Both the position numbers and the translations under genes were made by a program. Below, one piece after another: positions 50,580 to 64,000 of a DNA stretch of 64,000 nucleotides (the stretch's first letter is position 1; each line of letters begins with the position of its first letter). The notes beneath the pieces were generated by a model. That model was given only the letters and a program-made list of their open reading frames with translations, made no database searches and was not told where the DNA came from. The stretch comes from Octopus sinensis (Eukaryota), in contig NC_042997.1 in NCBI RefSeq assembly GCF_006345805.1, positions 199,702,001-199,766,000 of the forward strand. Direction: 5' to 3'.

Positions 50580-51470
50580 ACCACTGACACCATTTTCCCA
50601 TGCTTATTTGGGCTGGGCAAGTTTTCTCAAGCACAGAATTTCACCACTTGTCACAGTCCTACATCATCTTTATGAGGTTCAGTGTAATGGGATCAATCTT
50701 CACAGTCTCATCTTCTTTGCTTTCGTCTTCCACAGATTACATCCACTTGCAATACTCAGAATGTCTATACACCTAACATCCTCCACGTATATAATGTACA
50801 CACTAGAGTAGTCTTCCTTATAGTATATTAGATATAATCCCTCTTGAGTCTAGCTTTTTTCTCTCAGTTTATTTACACTCCAATTGTCATGAAGTCTGCA
50901 CATCCAATACTGCAAACTGCATGGATGATCCAATAAAATACGCTTGTCTTATTTCTTTTCCAATGTTCACAAATGCTTTACATTCAAGTCCCACATCTCA
51001 ATTATGTAGCATCACCCTTTAGAACAGTGTTTCTCAACCCTTTTTTCCTATGGAGCCCATTGATTCCTATTTTACTGAAGAGGATCCTCATAGTCTTTTG
51101 ATGTCTGAACACTCCCGTTATATTTTTATGATTAACTATTGTTAGGAATTAAATTGTTAAAACATTTTGTGTATTGTAACAGTATAACCAGTTTATTTCA
51201 CATAAATTTTAATGATAAAATCATATATGGACCCGCAAGGGTCATATCAACACTAGTTTAAAACCATTGCTTTAGACAGAAACATAAAAAAAATTATTGC
51301 CCTTCACACCCAGAAAAAAGCTCTCCAAGGTAACAACTTCCTTAAATATTTCCATCCTGTTCTTATTTTGGCAAGTATACATTTGAAACAGCTTCTTTCA
51401 CTATTAAGTCATCTAGACAAGAAAAACTTTCAACTACCTCTAAGCACCTTCCAGGCATTTGAAAAAAATC
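50580..51470 (-). mobile_element. Old diverged RTE copy (RT C-terminus), split by a MITE
   Basis: LEVVESFSCLDD, then VMLH, ...AVLEKT-like end; collinear with 15020-15620 of the intact element. Confidence 0.65.
51025..51269. mobile_element. hAT-type MITE inserted in an old RTE copy
   Basis: Ends CAGTGTTTCTCAAC / GTTTAAAACCATTG; 8-bp TSD CTTTAGAA / CTTTAGAC. Confidence 0.75.
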
Positions 51471-54400
51471 TATTTCACACATATTCTTACTGTGAACTTA
51501 TCCTGTCTGTCTGCAACATACACAGACTACCTTCTCAGTCAGTTACAATCCAACAAACACATTTATTTCACAAGGCTTTTGTCTAAGGTGGCTGTATATT
51601 GGAATTGAACACAAATACCATATCATTACAAAGCAATCTTCCTGTGCCATAATGTTAAGCAGCAAATTAATTTAGTTTTAGAGAGATATAATTATAGATT
51701 TGCATGACATCAACAAGTATTAATAATTTCTATTTCCTACACAATCAACTTCACATTTTGAAATTTTTTTTTATTTGACACTAAATTTCATTCAATGTAA
51801 TCTCAAGTTGTCATAATGTAACCAGTTTCTACATACATTCATACACATAATACACACATTTCCTTAATTGCCTTTGAACTCAGAATCTTTGTTTCTTAAT
51901 ACACGGCTTCCCAGGTTTTGACTAATGAGGCTAGGGTTCCTGATGACAATTAGAAATTAATGTAATGAAAATATTAATGTAAATGTTAAAAAGAAAATTC
52001 AAATGACAAGATTAATTCCCTAGAAAATTGAAAATATTATCACAATAATTTGCGTTAAAAGATTACACATGGAATTGACAAGCTTTCCTAATATGGGGTG
52101 GGGTGGTTGGAGAGAATACAAAATAATAATATACTGCTTTACAGAGATGAAGAGCTTTATTAAATTATGTTTATAATCATCATCATCTTTCCATCATGTT
52201 AAAACCAAATTGTCTTCATTCTGTGCATAATGTCACATGATTTGGATATATAATATGAACTCATCATTCTGAAACAAGACTCTTACTAGAAGTTTGGTTT
52301 CCACAAAACAGCATTAAATAAACAACAACAACAAAAAAGAAAAGCAAAAGAAAACAGTACACATCACACCATCAAAAGCTGCATGTAAATCACATCCACA
52401 GACCATCTACATAATAAAACAATGAAATGATACTTGAATATGAAACGCAACCTACAACAAGCAGTTTATTGCAGCAACAAATTTCAGCTGTCACAGTCCA
52501 GGCTGCCATAATATGCATAATTATAGTTACAACCAGACATGTACAACTTCCATCATAATCCAAGGAACACTATTTCTTACATGCAATCCTAACAAACAAA
52601 ACATGAAGACACACAAAATAATAACAAGGGCTTCATGTGAAATCTCTTTAGCCATAAAGGAACATATGTATTCCATAAAGGAATAAACATGGTATTGTTT
52701 TATTTAGGCACATGGCCTTTATAAAAAGGGGACACCACAAGGACAGACAAAACAAGACAATGGTGTACATATAAATATATATCACATGATTTATGAATAT
52801 GATGAAAATGAGGATGAAATTACTTAAAGCAAGTAGTTTCATTCCACTGTTTTTTTTTTTAAACTACAGTTTTACTGTAAAGTCTTGTATCTTTTCGTTA
52901 ACACAAAATTAAAACAAATGCTGCATTATTTCGTCAAAAATTACAACAGCTGGCAGCTCGTCGTATCTATACTGAAATGGTGTTATTTCAACACTTTTTT
53001 TCTCAAATAGTTCTACTAACTACTCAACTTTCTCAACTTTTATTTCCCATTATTCTGAGGCTTCATTCACACACATCACGTCTACTTTCTGAGACAAACT
53101 AATTTCTCATCCTATTTAACATCACATTGATCATCTTCGGTGGAGTTCATTCTGTTGCCAAGATTATGACAAAGTTCCCAGTGTGAGAATAGTCCCATGA
53201 ATTAGGTCATTTTCCACCTTCATTCTACCAACCAGTCCCTGCCAAAGAGCCAAGGTTACAGCCTTTGCCCTTCTGACAACACCATGAAACAAAATTAGAT
53301 ATGCTCTTAATGCTATATACCATATTTATACATATGGCATATTCATACATGAAATTTTGAAAATATTTCAATAAAGAAACTATATTTGCTGAAGAAACAA
53401 AGTTTGATGATTCAAAACTATGATAAAAGTTAACCAATATTCTGCAGACATAGATAGACACAAATACACACACACATATACATAATGGTTTCCAGTCAAA
53501 TAATAACTAAGGCTGAAAACCAATGAAGTACAGTTCTTTATCTAGTAAATTGCTTCCCTATTGTTAATATATCTACTTCAGATTTGACATTTCAAATCTA
53601 TTTTGAAACGCATAATCATATAAACATGATAAAAATGAGAATCAGAACCAAACAGACATAATAAACTGGAGATAAACACTGTCAAACTGAAATGAAAAGT
53701 TCATTTATTTCTTGTAGCCATCTTATTGGAAATTAAGAGATATTGCTCTTACAAATAGAGAGGTGTATGTACACTGTATAAACACGCATTTGACACAATG
53801 AAATATATTCTGCTGCTGATGGTCTCTTATAATAAATATTAAGGAAAGATTGGACTTTTCACTCAGTCTTGTGTCAACTCAAATATACATCAAAAGAAAA
53901 GACTATGGCACTTAGATAAGCTAACATTGCTGTAACAACATGCTGTGCCAATCAGCATGAAGACAGAAAATATATTTCTAATGCGGATTAGTGGAGACTG
54001 ACAAACACATACATACTCAATAAGTGTATATCGAAACACTATCATTCATTTTCTAATTTCTGCTTATACCAGCTATTGCTGTTTAACTCCAGATAAATCT
54101 GGATCGAACAGACTTATGCAATTTTAACATGACCATCCAGTCTGAGTTTTTTTTAATTTAAAAAAAAAATTTTTTTAGGGACTATGTTGTTGATGTATCC
54201 TTCCCTTTTTTTTATCTTCATTTTTTAGTAATGATTTGAAAGAGATTTTGCTGTTATTTCTACCATGTCAAGTGACAATGTAGAGGATCTTTTGGTGGCT
54301 CTTATACAATGCTTCTTTCTTAGCTTGAATGTTACGGGAAATGTATTTTCCCATTTTTGCTTTATTCAAGTCCCAATCAATCTGGCTTCTGCAGATTTAT

Positions 54401-54499
54401 GGCAGAAAGTTTGCTTAAAGAATCACCATATAAATATTTTAGCCATAACTCTTCTTCACTGTTAAAATATTATATAGTTTTATCTGCAAATGACTCCCC

Positions 54500-55195
54500 A
54501 TCATCATCATCATTGTTGTCCAACACCTGCCTTCAATACTGGCATGAGTAGGACAGTTTGACTGGAGCCAGTCAGGCAGAAGTCTGCACCAGACTTCTGC
54601 AACATTTTCGCCCTTCCTAACACCAACCACTTAGGGGACTTAGTGCTTTTTACATGGCACAAGCACAGACAATGTCAGTTTTTGGCATGGTTTTTACAGC
54701 TGGATGCCCTTCTAAATGCCAAACACTTTACAGTGTGGACTGGATGCTTTTTAAGTGGTATATGCACTGACAGGTTCACCAAGTACCTTGCAAGACAAAA
54801 AGAATCGTTTGATAGGGGAGGGGTCATCGGAGGTGATCTTGTGTCAGATGATGAAGGGTTACAGTGAGAGAGAAAGAAGAACAGAAACAGATGTCTTGCT
54901 GAGAAGGTACAAGGTTACCCAGCCAGAGAGAGAGAGAGACCAGGAATGAAGACAAAAAACAGGTGTGGCACTGCAGAGGAAATACATAGGTACCCAACCT
55001 GAGGGAAGAACAAGGGAAGGAGAGTGTGGGAGATAGCAGGATGGAGATGGTGGCAAACTGCCAGGTATACTCACAAGGGACAGGGATCAGAATATAAATG
55101 GGATGGTCAAGTGAGGGCAGAGAAAGATATAGACAGTAGCAAGTGCGAAAATGGGCAGTACTGCCACCTTAAGGGCAGTGGAAAGATCCAGGGGT
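54500..55195 (-). mobile_element. RTE 3' UTR copies (second subfamily, pyrimidine-rich UTR)
   Basis: Two nested tail segments plus a long CT-rich upstream part. Confidence 0.6.
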
Positions 55196-55206
55196 CATTG
55201 AAGAAA

Positions 55207-55430
55207 AGTGCATATGGCATAGTGGTTAAGAGCGCAAGCTACTAATCCCAAGATTCCAAGTTCGATTCCAAGCAGTGACCATAATAATAATATTGAAAAA
55301 TACTTTAGGAATGAGAACCCAGGTTTGAAATTTCCCCAAAACACCTGATGAAGGCTGGAAGGTATATCAGCTGAAATGTTGTGTAAACAACAAACAAGAT
55401 GAGGACAAATATCCATCAAATGTAAATGTA
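55207..55430 (+). mobile_element. tRNA-headed SINE-like element containing a minimal hammerhead fold
   Basis: A box TGGCATAGTGG (55215-55225), B box AGTTCGATTCC (55259-55269), hammerhead-like motif at 55341-55384. Confidence 0.7.
55341..55384 (+). ncRNA. Minimal type I hammerhead ribozyme motif (probably decayed)
   Basis: ACAC CTGATGA A GGCTG [10 nt] CAGCT GAAAT GTT GTGT: stem I, stem II and core present; AT instead of AC at positions 15.1-15.2. Confidence 0.6.
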
Positions 55431-55704
55431 TTATTCACCATATCAGCACAAAATTTATGACAAACAACTCTCAAGTCCTTAGTTTCTGGTTATACAGGAA
55501 GATATAATCACACACATTAAGATACTTTTACTAACATTATAAGATGGCTGTCCAATATTATGAATTCAACAATTATGAACCTAACTGATGTAATATTTTG
55601 ATTTCATATATATGCTGAGGTTGTCTCCTCCCATCTTCCTTGACCAGAATTAATCATCAAGTTAATGAATCTTCAAGGATGTAATTTTAATTTATGGAGA
55701 CCTA

Positions 55705-56012
55705 TTGAGTCAAGTACATCAACATCAAAATGAAAATCAAATTGAAATTGTAGTTGTGATACCCGTACTGGTGGCACATAAAAAGCACCACCCGATCGTA
55801 GTCATTGCCAGCCTCCTCTGGCCCCTGTGCCAGTGGCAAGTAAAAAGCAGCCACTACACTCACTGAGTGGTTGGCATTAGGAAGGGCATCCAGCTGTAGA
55901 AATACTGCCAGATCAGACTGGAGCCTGCTGCAGCCGCCTGGCTTCCCAGACCCCGGTCAAACTGTCAAACCCATGCTAGCATGGAAAACGGACATTAAAT
56001 GATGAGGATGAT
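55705..56012 (+). mobile_element. RTE 3'-tail copy
   Basis: AAATCAAATTGAAATTGTAGTTGTGATACC linker as in the 6682-7824 copy. Confidence 0.9.
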
Positions 56013-57756
56013 TTCTTGGTTCACTACATTATGTTAGTACCAACCTTACCATTTGGTTTTCATGAAGATGAATGTCTTCTTGGATATTTCTCTCATGGGT
56101 TTCTATTTTCAGTGATAGGGAATTCAGTAGTTCAATGTACTGAACAATCTGCTCCTGTTAATGGTTGAGCATTCTATAAGCGTGTTTCCCAGAATCAGCT
56201 TTACACAGTGTGTATGAGAAGGCTGTGCCTCCTGAATTACAGATAAGATCCAACTGATAGAAGCAACAGAGCTTCTATCTGCCTGGCTCAACAAGTTGCT
56301 CTAGCAAATAACATTTCCTAAAGGTGCCAAGGGATCACACCAGGATCTTGTAATTACAAAGCAACCAATCAGTTATATAGCACTTACATGTTTCTTATAT
56401 TCAGCTCACTCAGTTATCACACACCTCAGTATTTGTTCATTAAAAAAAAATAAAATAAAATAAAATCTGCTTCCCATTCTAGTCATAATTATCAGTAATA
56501 TTGGTAAACACTATATTTCACTGAAGATATCCAATAAGACCAAAACTTACTCAGAGTTGTCACCTTACAACCTAAATTAGATTCACTCACCAACAGTTTT
56601 TTTTTTTTTTTTTTTTTAAACTTTAGAGTTGTCTCACTTACTTTTCTTGCTCAGAGAAACTCATTAACCTTTTTGTGGTTGTTTCTAATGAAATAAATTA
56701 TCAACACTTTGAATTTAATTTGGGAAATAAGCAAGAATTTGGTGGAATTTAGCAAAATAACTAACAGTGTCACAAGTAATTCAGTGTTTGGAGTTTAGCA
56801 AAAGAAACCAATTTCAAAACACTAAGTTTTGTTTCATAGAAATAAAGATGGTTTCAGGTGGGTTAACCTAATGATTCTCTCTTGCTATAATCAATGCAAT
56901 TTTGATTAATTAATGTCTCGCTGCATGAAGTACAGTAGTACCAACTCACTTCTTGCAGATTGCTATAGTGTTATAACATTAAGTTGATAACAATGTAATT
57001 ACAAATATATTACATTAACACATTCAAAACAAGCATCGAAATTAATGAAAAGGTCTTGTATAAAGAGCATCTCAAATATATCTGTCTTTGCTCAATTTGG
57101 AATGTTTAAATTATAAACTATGCTAATGGTTTCCCATTCATAACATTAACAGATTTTGTAATGAACACACAGAAGCCTTAGAAACAGCTGTTGCTTAGTT
57201 AGTTCTGCTTCAGAAGTCTTACAGCATGAAGATAAGCTTGCACCTTGTGTTTGTTAAACAAATCTACTCAGAAACCATGCTTCATGCTCTTACCCCACCC
57301 TCCAATATTTAGTTGTTTGTGTCACAGTTTAGGCTCCAGCAAATATGGCAGCTACGTTCTACTCGTGAATGACAAAAATATTGACATGCTAATAATTGTT
57401 GAGAATTCATTCATATATGAAACCATGGTGCTAACAGCAACTGCGACTGATCATGTGAACTCCATTTTTACATGTGGCAGTTAATGCTGCTGGATGAATG
57501 CACAAAATTTAGACCTAAGAGGTTATTGATACGACAGTTGTTTTGATAGGTACATGAGTTTGTGTTTTTTCAAACTGATTATGAGCAATTAAAAACACAT
57601 TCTCCATGTTGTATTTTCAATAAAGAAAAGAAGTAAGCCTTCTTGGAATGCTGAATGTAATAGAACGGAATCCTATTAAAGAAAATATTCCAAGATCAAC
57701 TACAAAGAAATAGCCTTATGAATTACTGGCTCAAAGAAATTACAATAATTATTACT

Positions 57757-58240
57757 AAGGCAGCAAGCTGGCAGAAATGTTAGCACACTGGGTGAAATGC
57801 TTAGCAGTATTTTGTCTGTCTTTACATTCTGAATTCAAATTCCAAGGTCGACTTATCCTTTCAGGGTTGATAAATTACATACCAGTTGCATACTGGGATC
57901 AATTTAATTGACTGGCCCTCCCACCCAAAAAATTTCAAGCCTTGTGCTTAGAGTAGAAAAGAATAGTTATTAGTAATATTACTGCCTCTGGGGTCAACTT
58001 TGCCTTCATCCTTTTGGGGGTCAATGAAATAAAAAATCAGTTGAGCATTGGGATCAATGTAATCAACTAGAACCCTCCCCCAAATTTTCAGGCCTTGTAC
58101 CTAAATAAATTATTATTAAGGGCAGTGGATTAGCAGAAATGGATCAACAGCCAAATACCGTGTAATTATGTCCTTTTACATTCTGAGTTCAAATCCAGTC
58201 AAAATTGACCTTACCTTTTATCCTTCAAGGATTAATAAAA
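57757..58240 (+). mobile_element. Cluster of one full and two partial type 2 SINEs
   Basis: AAGGCAGCAAGCTGGCAGAAATGTTAGCAC head; recurring CTGAGTTCAAAT and CTTTGCCTTCATCC blocks. Confidence 0.75.
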
Positions 58241-59367
58241 TATCCAAGACTAACTAAATCACTTATTTTTATGTCTTATGTCAGTGTCAGAGATCATTAT
58301 TGATAAGATTTGAACTCATAAGTATTCAGCTGCAAAATAAACATCTTAATTTCATAGCTATTCTTTTATTCTCTTTCTTCAGTATGCTAAGCAATTCAAA
58401 TCTATTAAAATTTTTGTTTATAATTTTTAAAGCATATTTAGAGACTATATGATTTCAGAGTTGTAGACCATTTTTCAATCTGTAATGCCTCTGGAGCACA
58501 TTTTAAAATATTATCTCTTACAAAACAACTAATTATTAAAAGCTTCTTTCAAATCTGAAACAGAACACTTCTGCAATCTTATACAAATTAAATGTATGTC
58601 TAAATTAATTAATTGTAACATATTAAAGCACAGGGAGAAGGAAAGATCTATTGTTTCATAGCCAAGATAGCCTGAGAATATGAAAATAAAACCACTGTAG
58701 AAACTTTTTAAAAGAGGAAATTAATTATGAAGATGTATAAAACTGATTACTAAAGAGAACAAAATTTTTTAAAATTGGATTTTGTTTTATGCTGCTGTTC
58801 TATAAGGTAGTTGGAGGAGTAGATTAATGTTGATATGGTAAGTGATGTCAATATAGATGTTTAACTTGAAAATCACTAAGTTGGTATCTTTAAGAAAAAC
58901 TATGGTAGGAGACAGAACTGGTAGTAATTCTGCAGCAATAGAATTGGGAGATGTTTAGTGTTGATCTAGGAGGAGAGACACAATAATTGTGTTGAGTAAA
59001 GATTGATGGGTGAGACAAACAGACTGCTAAATATCTTCTCAATCCAGATCTAAAGAGAAAAGAAACATAGCATCTCAGCTAATAACTAAAGTCTTTTGGT
59101 GAATGACTCTTTGGTGAGTGAATAGATAAATATTTATGAACTTCAAACTGATAGCCATTGAGATGAGAGACAGAAGATAGAATATAGGAGAATATGTTAA
59201 GTCCTTTCAAATATGCAAGAAACATAAGACATAGCAAAGTAGCTATGTATCTAATCAGTACACTGATGGATAGATGTATGACGAGAGGAATAGACAGACA
59301 GACAGACAGGTACTTTTATGTGATTTTTAAAGAAATTACTTTTGAAATATAATTTACAATAGCTATT

Positions 59368-59534
59368 GATGCAGGAGTGGCTGTGTGGTAAGTAGCTTGC
59401 TTACCAACCACATGGTCCTGCGTTCAGTCCCACTGCATGGCACCTTGGGCAAGTGTCTTCTACTATAACCTCAGGACAATCAAAGCCTTGTGAGTGGATA
59501 TGATAGACAGAAACTGAAAGAAGCCTGTCATATA

Positions 59535-59565
<31 letters not shown>

Positions 59566-59790
59566 GTGTATGAGTATATGTTTGCGTGTCTGTGTTTGTC
59601 CCCCCACCATCACTTGAAAACTGATGCTGGTGTGTTTACGTCCCCATAACTTAGTAGTTCGGCAAAAGGGACTGATAGAATAAGTACTAGGCTTACAAAG
59701 AATAAGCTCTGGAGTCGATTTGCTCGACTAAAGATGGTGCTCCAGCATGGCCACAGTCAAATGACTGAAAGCGGTAAAAGAAAAAAAAAG
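59368..59790 (+). mobile_element. SINE type 1, full length
   Basis: Well-preserved head, core, (TG)n spacer and tail. Confidence 0.9.
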
Positions 59791-60339
59791 AAAAAATAAT
59801 AGACTCAGTTTAAAATGACATTTGATTTGGTATTGTACAGACATGTTCATGGAGAAATAAAAAAATATATAATAGCAAGTAGTGATTGGTGTACTCAAAC
59901 ACTGGGTGCGGGCATGTGTGCTGTGGTTCAGATATTGCTTAGCAACTACATGGTTTTAATTTTGATTACATTGCATGCACTGTGGTGTTGCCTGAAGTCT
60001 TGTGAGAGAAATCAGTTAGAAACTGAAGAAATCCAATGGAGAGATTGTTTTATTCTTTGGTGGCAGATGTAATTCATCAGCTTGCTTAACACCTCTTGGC
60101 CCTCAGGTGCCTATAGTGGATTTACTGTTGCAAGCAATCAGGGTAGGTGTATGGACTAAGAATTATTTTCTACCTTCCTTTCACTATAATCTCAGTGGCC
60201 TTGAAAATTGTTATGTGCACAGCCTTCCCTCTTCTAACTCACTAGAAAAAAAAAAATATTAATGTGAGGAAAATTAAGCAGTGATAAAAGCCGACAATTT
60301 TCTAATATGCCACTGTCTAATATGATTACTCAAAGACAA

Positions 60340-60750
60340 GAATATCACCACCATAATTTAATATCCATTGTCCATGCTGGCATGGGTTGGACGGTTCAAC
60401 CAGAGCTGGGAAGCTGCATCAGGTTCCAGTCTGTTTTGGCATGGTTTCAACCACTAGATGCCCTGCCTAATGCCAACCACTCTGAGAGTGTAATAGGTGC
60501 TTTTTACATTCCACAGGCATTGGCTCCAGTTGCATGGCACCAGTATCTGCCACAACTACATTTTCACTTGGTTTGACAGATTTTCTCAAACACGGCATAT
60601 TGCCAAAAGTCTCTGTCTTTTATCATTGCCTCCATGATGCCCAATGCTTAAAAAGTGCTTTTTTTGTAGACTGGCATGGGTGGAGTTAAGTGACCCCAGC
60701 ATTGGCCATGACTACGATTTCACTTGGCTTGACAGGTATTTTCAAGCATG
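60340..60750 (-). mobile_element. RTE 3'-tail copy (variant like 9638)
   Basis: Shares TTGGCCATGACTA..GATTT.ACTTGG with the 9638-9990 copy. Confidence 0.7.
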
Positions 60751-61290
60751 GCATATAATGAACACAAACATAAAACTTATCAGTAACTGAAGACTGTAGG
60801 TCAGAAACAAACTTGTGCCAATGATTCTGAAATCCACAAACCACTTGACGTGTGACATACAATGACATAGGATGTCATAACGTATTTCTTCAACATGTCC
60901 AAAGCAATATGAGTAACAACAGGTCCCACACTCTTCAGAATTAGAGAGAGAGCGATGGTGGAGGATCTCCAACATTTGTCAGTAAGGAGTTTTCTTGCCA
61001 GACATTTTCCAACTGCCAAGAAATCAAATTCCTCAATATTGTGACAACATCATTTATTTCCTTAAAGGCAGCAATGATGGTTGCATATTTGTGTCCTGAC
61101 TTGTGGATGATACATTCACCAATATAATATTAGGTGTATTCCTGAAAGTTAAACTGTTTGACTTTCTATTAATCTAACCTCAAATATACAAAATCAATCC
61201 AATAACATTCAAATATTCAATGAGCTTACATTCCATAATAAGCCAGTTATATGTTTAACTATGTTTGAATAGAATTATGTTGTAACTGTT

Positions 61291-61642
61291 AAGGCACAGG
61301 GGTGGCTGTGTAGTAAGAAGCTTGCTTTCCAACCGCATAGTTGCGGGTTCAGCATAGCAACTTTCACAACAAGTGTTTTCTACTATAGCCTCAGGCCAAC
61401 CAAAGTCTTGTAGGTGGATTTGGTAGACAGAAACTGAAAGAAGCCCGTCGTGTATGTATGTATGTATTTATTTGTGTGTCTATGTTTGTCCACCCACTGA
61501 CAACTGATGTTGGTGTGTTTACATCCCTGTAACTTAGTGACTCAGCAAAAGAGGATAATGGAATAAGTTGATTTGCTTGACTAAAGGCGATGCTCCAGCA
61601 TGGCGACAGTCAAATGAGTGAAACAAGAAAAAGAATAAAGAA
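61291..61642 (+). mobile_element. SINE type 1
   Basis: Collinear with the 59368 copy, with deletions. Confidence 0.85.
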
Positions 61643-64000
61643 ATACACAAATAGTTCTGCAGTTAACCTTTTTTTGATTATTTCTTCAAGCATTACTTTC
61701 ATGTAGAAAACCTGAGTAATCATGGGCTTTCTAGAGTGAAAATAAAACGCTAGTATTTTAAAAAGCTAAAAAACATGCAAGCATGGATATGTGATTGGTT
61801 CACCTCCTTATCAAATGGGGTTAGGTTCAATTCTATAGCACAGCACCCTAGGCAGCGTAGGCATAGCTGTGTAAGAAGATTACTTTCCAATTATGTGCTT
61901 TGGGGCCTCCTGTGTGACACCTTGGGCAAGTGTCTCTACTATATAGTCCTGACCCAACCAAAGTTCTTTGAGTGGATTTAGAAAACAAACAAAGAAGACT
62001 GCCTTGATTCACTTATTTTCAACAAGAGGAACTCATTCTCTATGCTCATGCATACTTTGTGTATTCATGGCTAACATTACAAGTACACAAATAAATGAAG
62101 TGTGATTTCTAATAGAGTGACAGAGGACCAAAATTTCAAATGCAGTTGTTACATATGGTAGTCACTTGTAAATAAAGCTATGAAATCAAATAATGAATTG
62201 TTTAAATGGTTCACAGTTTCTGTTAGAGAGTAGTCCTAACTAGCTTAATTACTAAATTACTAAGCTGAAGCATAATAATTAGAATAAGATAATGTTAGCT
62301 CTGCAACTAAGAAAAGTTTATCAGTGAAAAAAGAAAATTGTATGAAGTTTGTATAAGGTGTTGTACTCCATTGTAGTGAGAAGTTGTTGAATGTAGAATA
62401 TTTCATGTTTACATCAGTCAAGGAAATTAGTTTCAGCAGATGCTCTTCCTAACCAACTTCACCATTTTACAAGCCAAGTAATGTTTTTTATCCTCCAGCC
62501 AGGCATTTTTTTCATAAACAATTGCAAACAAAAAATGCCATTTGTATGACAATGATATTTGCTTACAGCCAACATATGATGTCAAGATAAAAGACACACA
62601 CACACACACGAAAGGTGTCTTTTCAGTTTCTGTTCTCCAAATTAATTACTCAGGAAGCTTTTATCATCCTTGAATGAAATATTAATTGATCAAAATGAGG
62701 AGCTAAGTTTCAAAGCTTTGGGTGCAGGAAAGGTGGCTGTGCTGGTTGTGGATATGCGATTTAGAAGAATGACAAAATTATTACAGGTAAAAGAGGAGGG
62801 CAATCGACACGGGAAAATACTTTTGGAAGAAGGAAGGAAAAATGTGTGATCAGTTCTCTGGATGTTGGGCTTCTAAATGGAATGTTGAAGAACAAAGATG
62901 AGTGGGGATACAAAGTACAGCAAATCTGTTCAACTCTTGCCAGTATGGCAAAAAGGACATAAAAATGATTGCTATGATGATGCATTTTCTATAGATTATT
63001 CCATATGGATTAATATAAATGGAATTCAAATCACTTGCATTGCATGGCTAATATAAAGACTCAAGTTCATAAACTCCCTGAATACATATGAAAGTTTGTT
63101 TGTCTAAATATCACAATTATAGAGTGATATCACATTTCATAGTTTGCACTGTTCTTTACAGCTAGTATGGAGAGAAAAAAAAATCTAGTCTCATGATAAT
63201 TTTGTATTGAGAGTTGTAAATGTGGAAAAGGAAGTGTAGGTAATAATCTAATGATGATAGAGAAATTGTAGTAGTAATGATGACAGAATGAATGCAAGTG
63301 ATATAATGAGTGCAACAACAATGATAAACAATGTCGAAAATGACGATCATCATTATTATACATATGCAAATGAAACTAATAAAAATAACAAATTCGGTAA
63401 TATTATGGCATAGCATATTCAATACAATTATGGTCATTGTTTATTACCCAGGTTTGAAATAAAATGGGAAAAGGAAGTTATGAAAGTCATTTGACAATAG
63501 GAATAAAAACAAAATTAAGAACTCAACATTATCAATGCTTTCATTAGATAACTGGTTTAGTGTTATTTGAAAATTAGAATTCAAAAGAAACAATTTTATG
63601 TTAAAATTGCTTTATTTTCTAAATTATGCACAGAATATATAATTAAATATGAAAACGTTCCATTTGCATGCGTTGTCAATAGAAAATTAGTTTTCACCCA
63701 TTTACAGTTGCTTTATATGGAAAGATAAAGTTATGCCGTATTAGATGTTATAACCAGAATTATGTTCTTCAATTATTAACCAAGCTCAAAGAATTGTATA
63801 GTGATAGATATCTTGAGTTCAGTACAACTGTTTATTGATGCTGCCAACATTTAATGCTATTATACAGCTGATAATATTCAAATAACTTTCAACAGAAAGG
63901 TGTTATGAGCAAAACTTGAGTTAACTCTTACACGGATATACTGTCACTGTGTTTTAGTTTTTAAATAAAGAATTATGTAAGGTAATGTCTGTTGCCACTC

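Noticed and set aside
56641-56683. Minus mini-exon candidate with good splice signals
   Set aside because: Overlaps the end of a decayed TTAA-flanked MITE.
57329-57484. Cadherin-like words (IVENS...VLTATATD) in the + ORF
   Set aside because: Spacing is off, and there is no DXD/LDRE/DXNDN or neighbouring repeats; likely chance.
60785-60820. CTGAAGA-CTG-TAGGT-CAG-AAAC hammerhead-like string
   Set aside because: Stem II overlaps the core G, and there is no stem I.

Overview
AT-rich, repeat-saturated eukaryotic DNA. The SINE, LINE-tail and MITE families resemble those I recall from Octopus genomes; this assignment is inferred and the species cannot be determined. The only long ORF is an intact single-ORF RTE-type LINE (about 12267-16189, +). 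It encodes an APE endonuclease and a reverse transcriptase with a C4HC3 PHD-like finger inserted inside the RT, and has a VNTR-containing 3' UTR ending in (GAT)n. Most of the remainder is recognisable TE: many 5'-truncated copies of the same LINE tail, at least four tRNA-derived SINE types, Penelope-like remnants, BovB-like RTE remnants, two decayed mariners, hAT and piggyBac-type MITEs, and microsatellites. No host gene could be identified; only low-confidence candidate exons and a possible 3' UTR are noted. The most interesting signals are two minimal hammerhead-ribozyme folds (one behind a tRNA-derived Pol III head), a SINE-LINE fusion, a perfect 37-bp fold-back plus a 3x95-bp triplication just upstream of the intact LINE, and modular SINEs that share the LINE 3' end.
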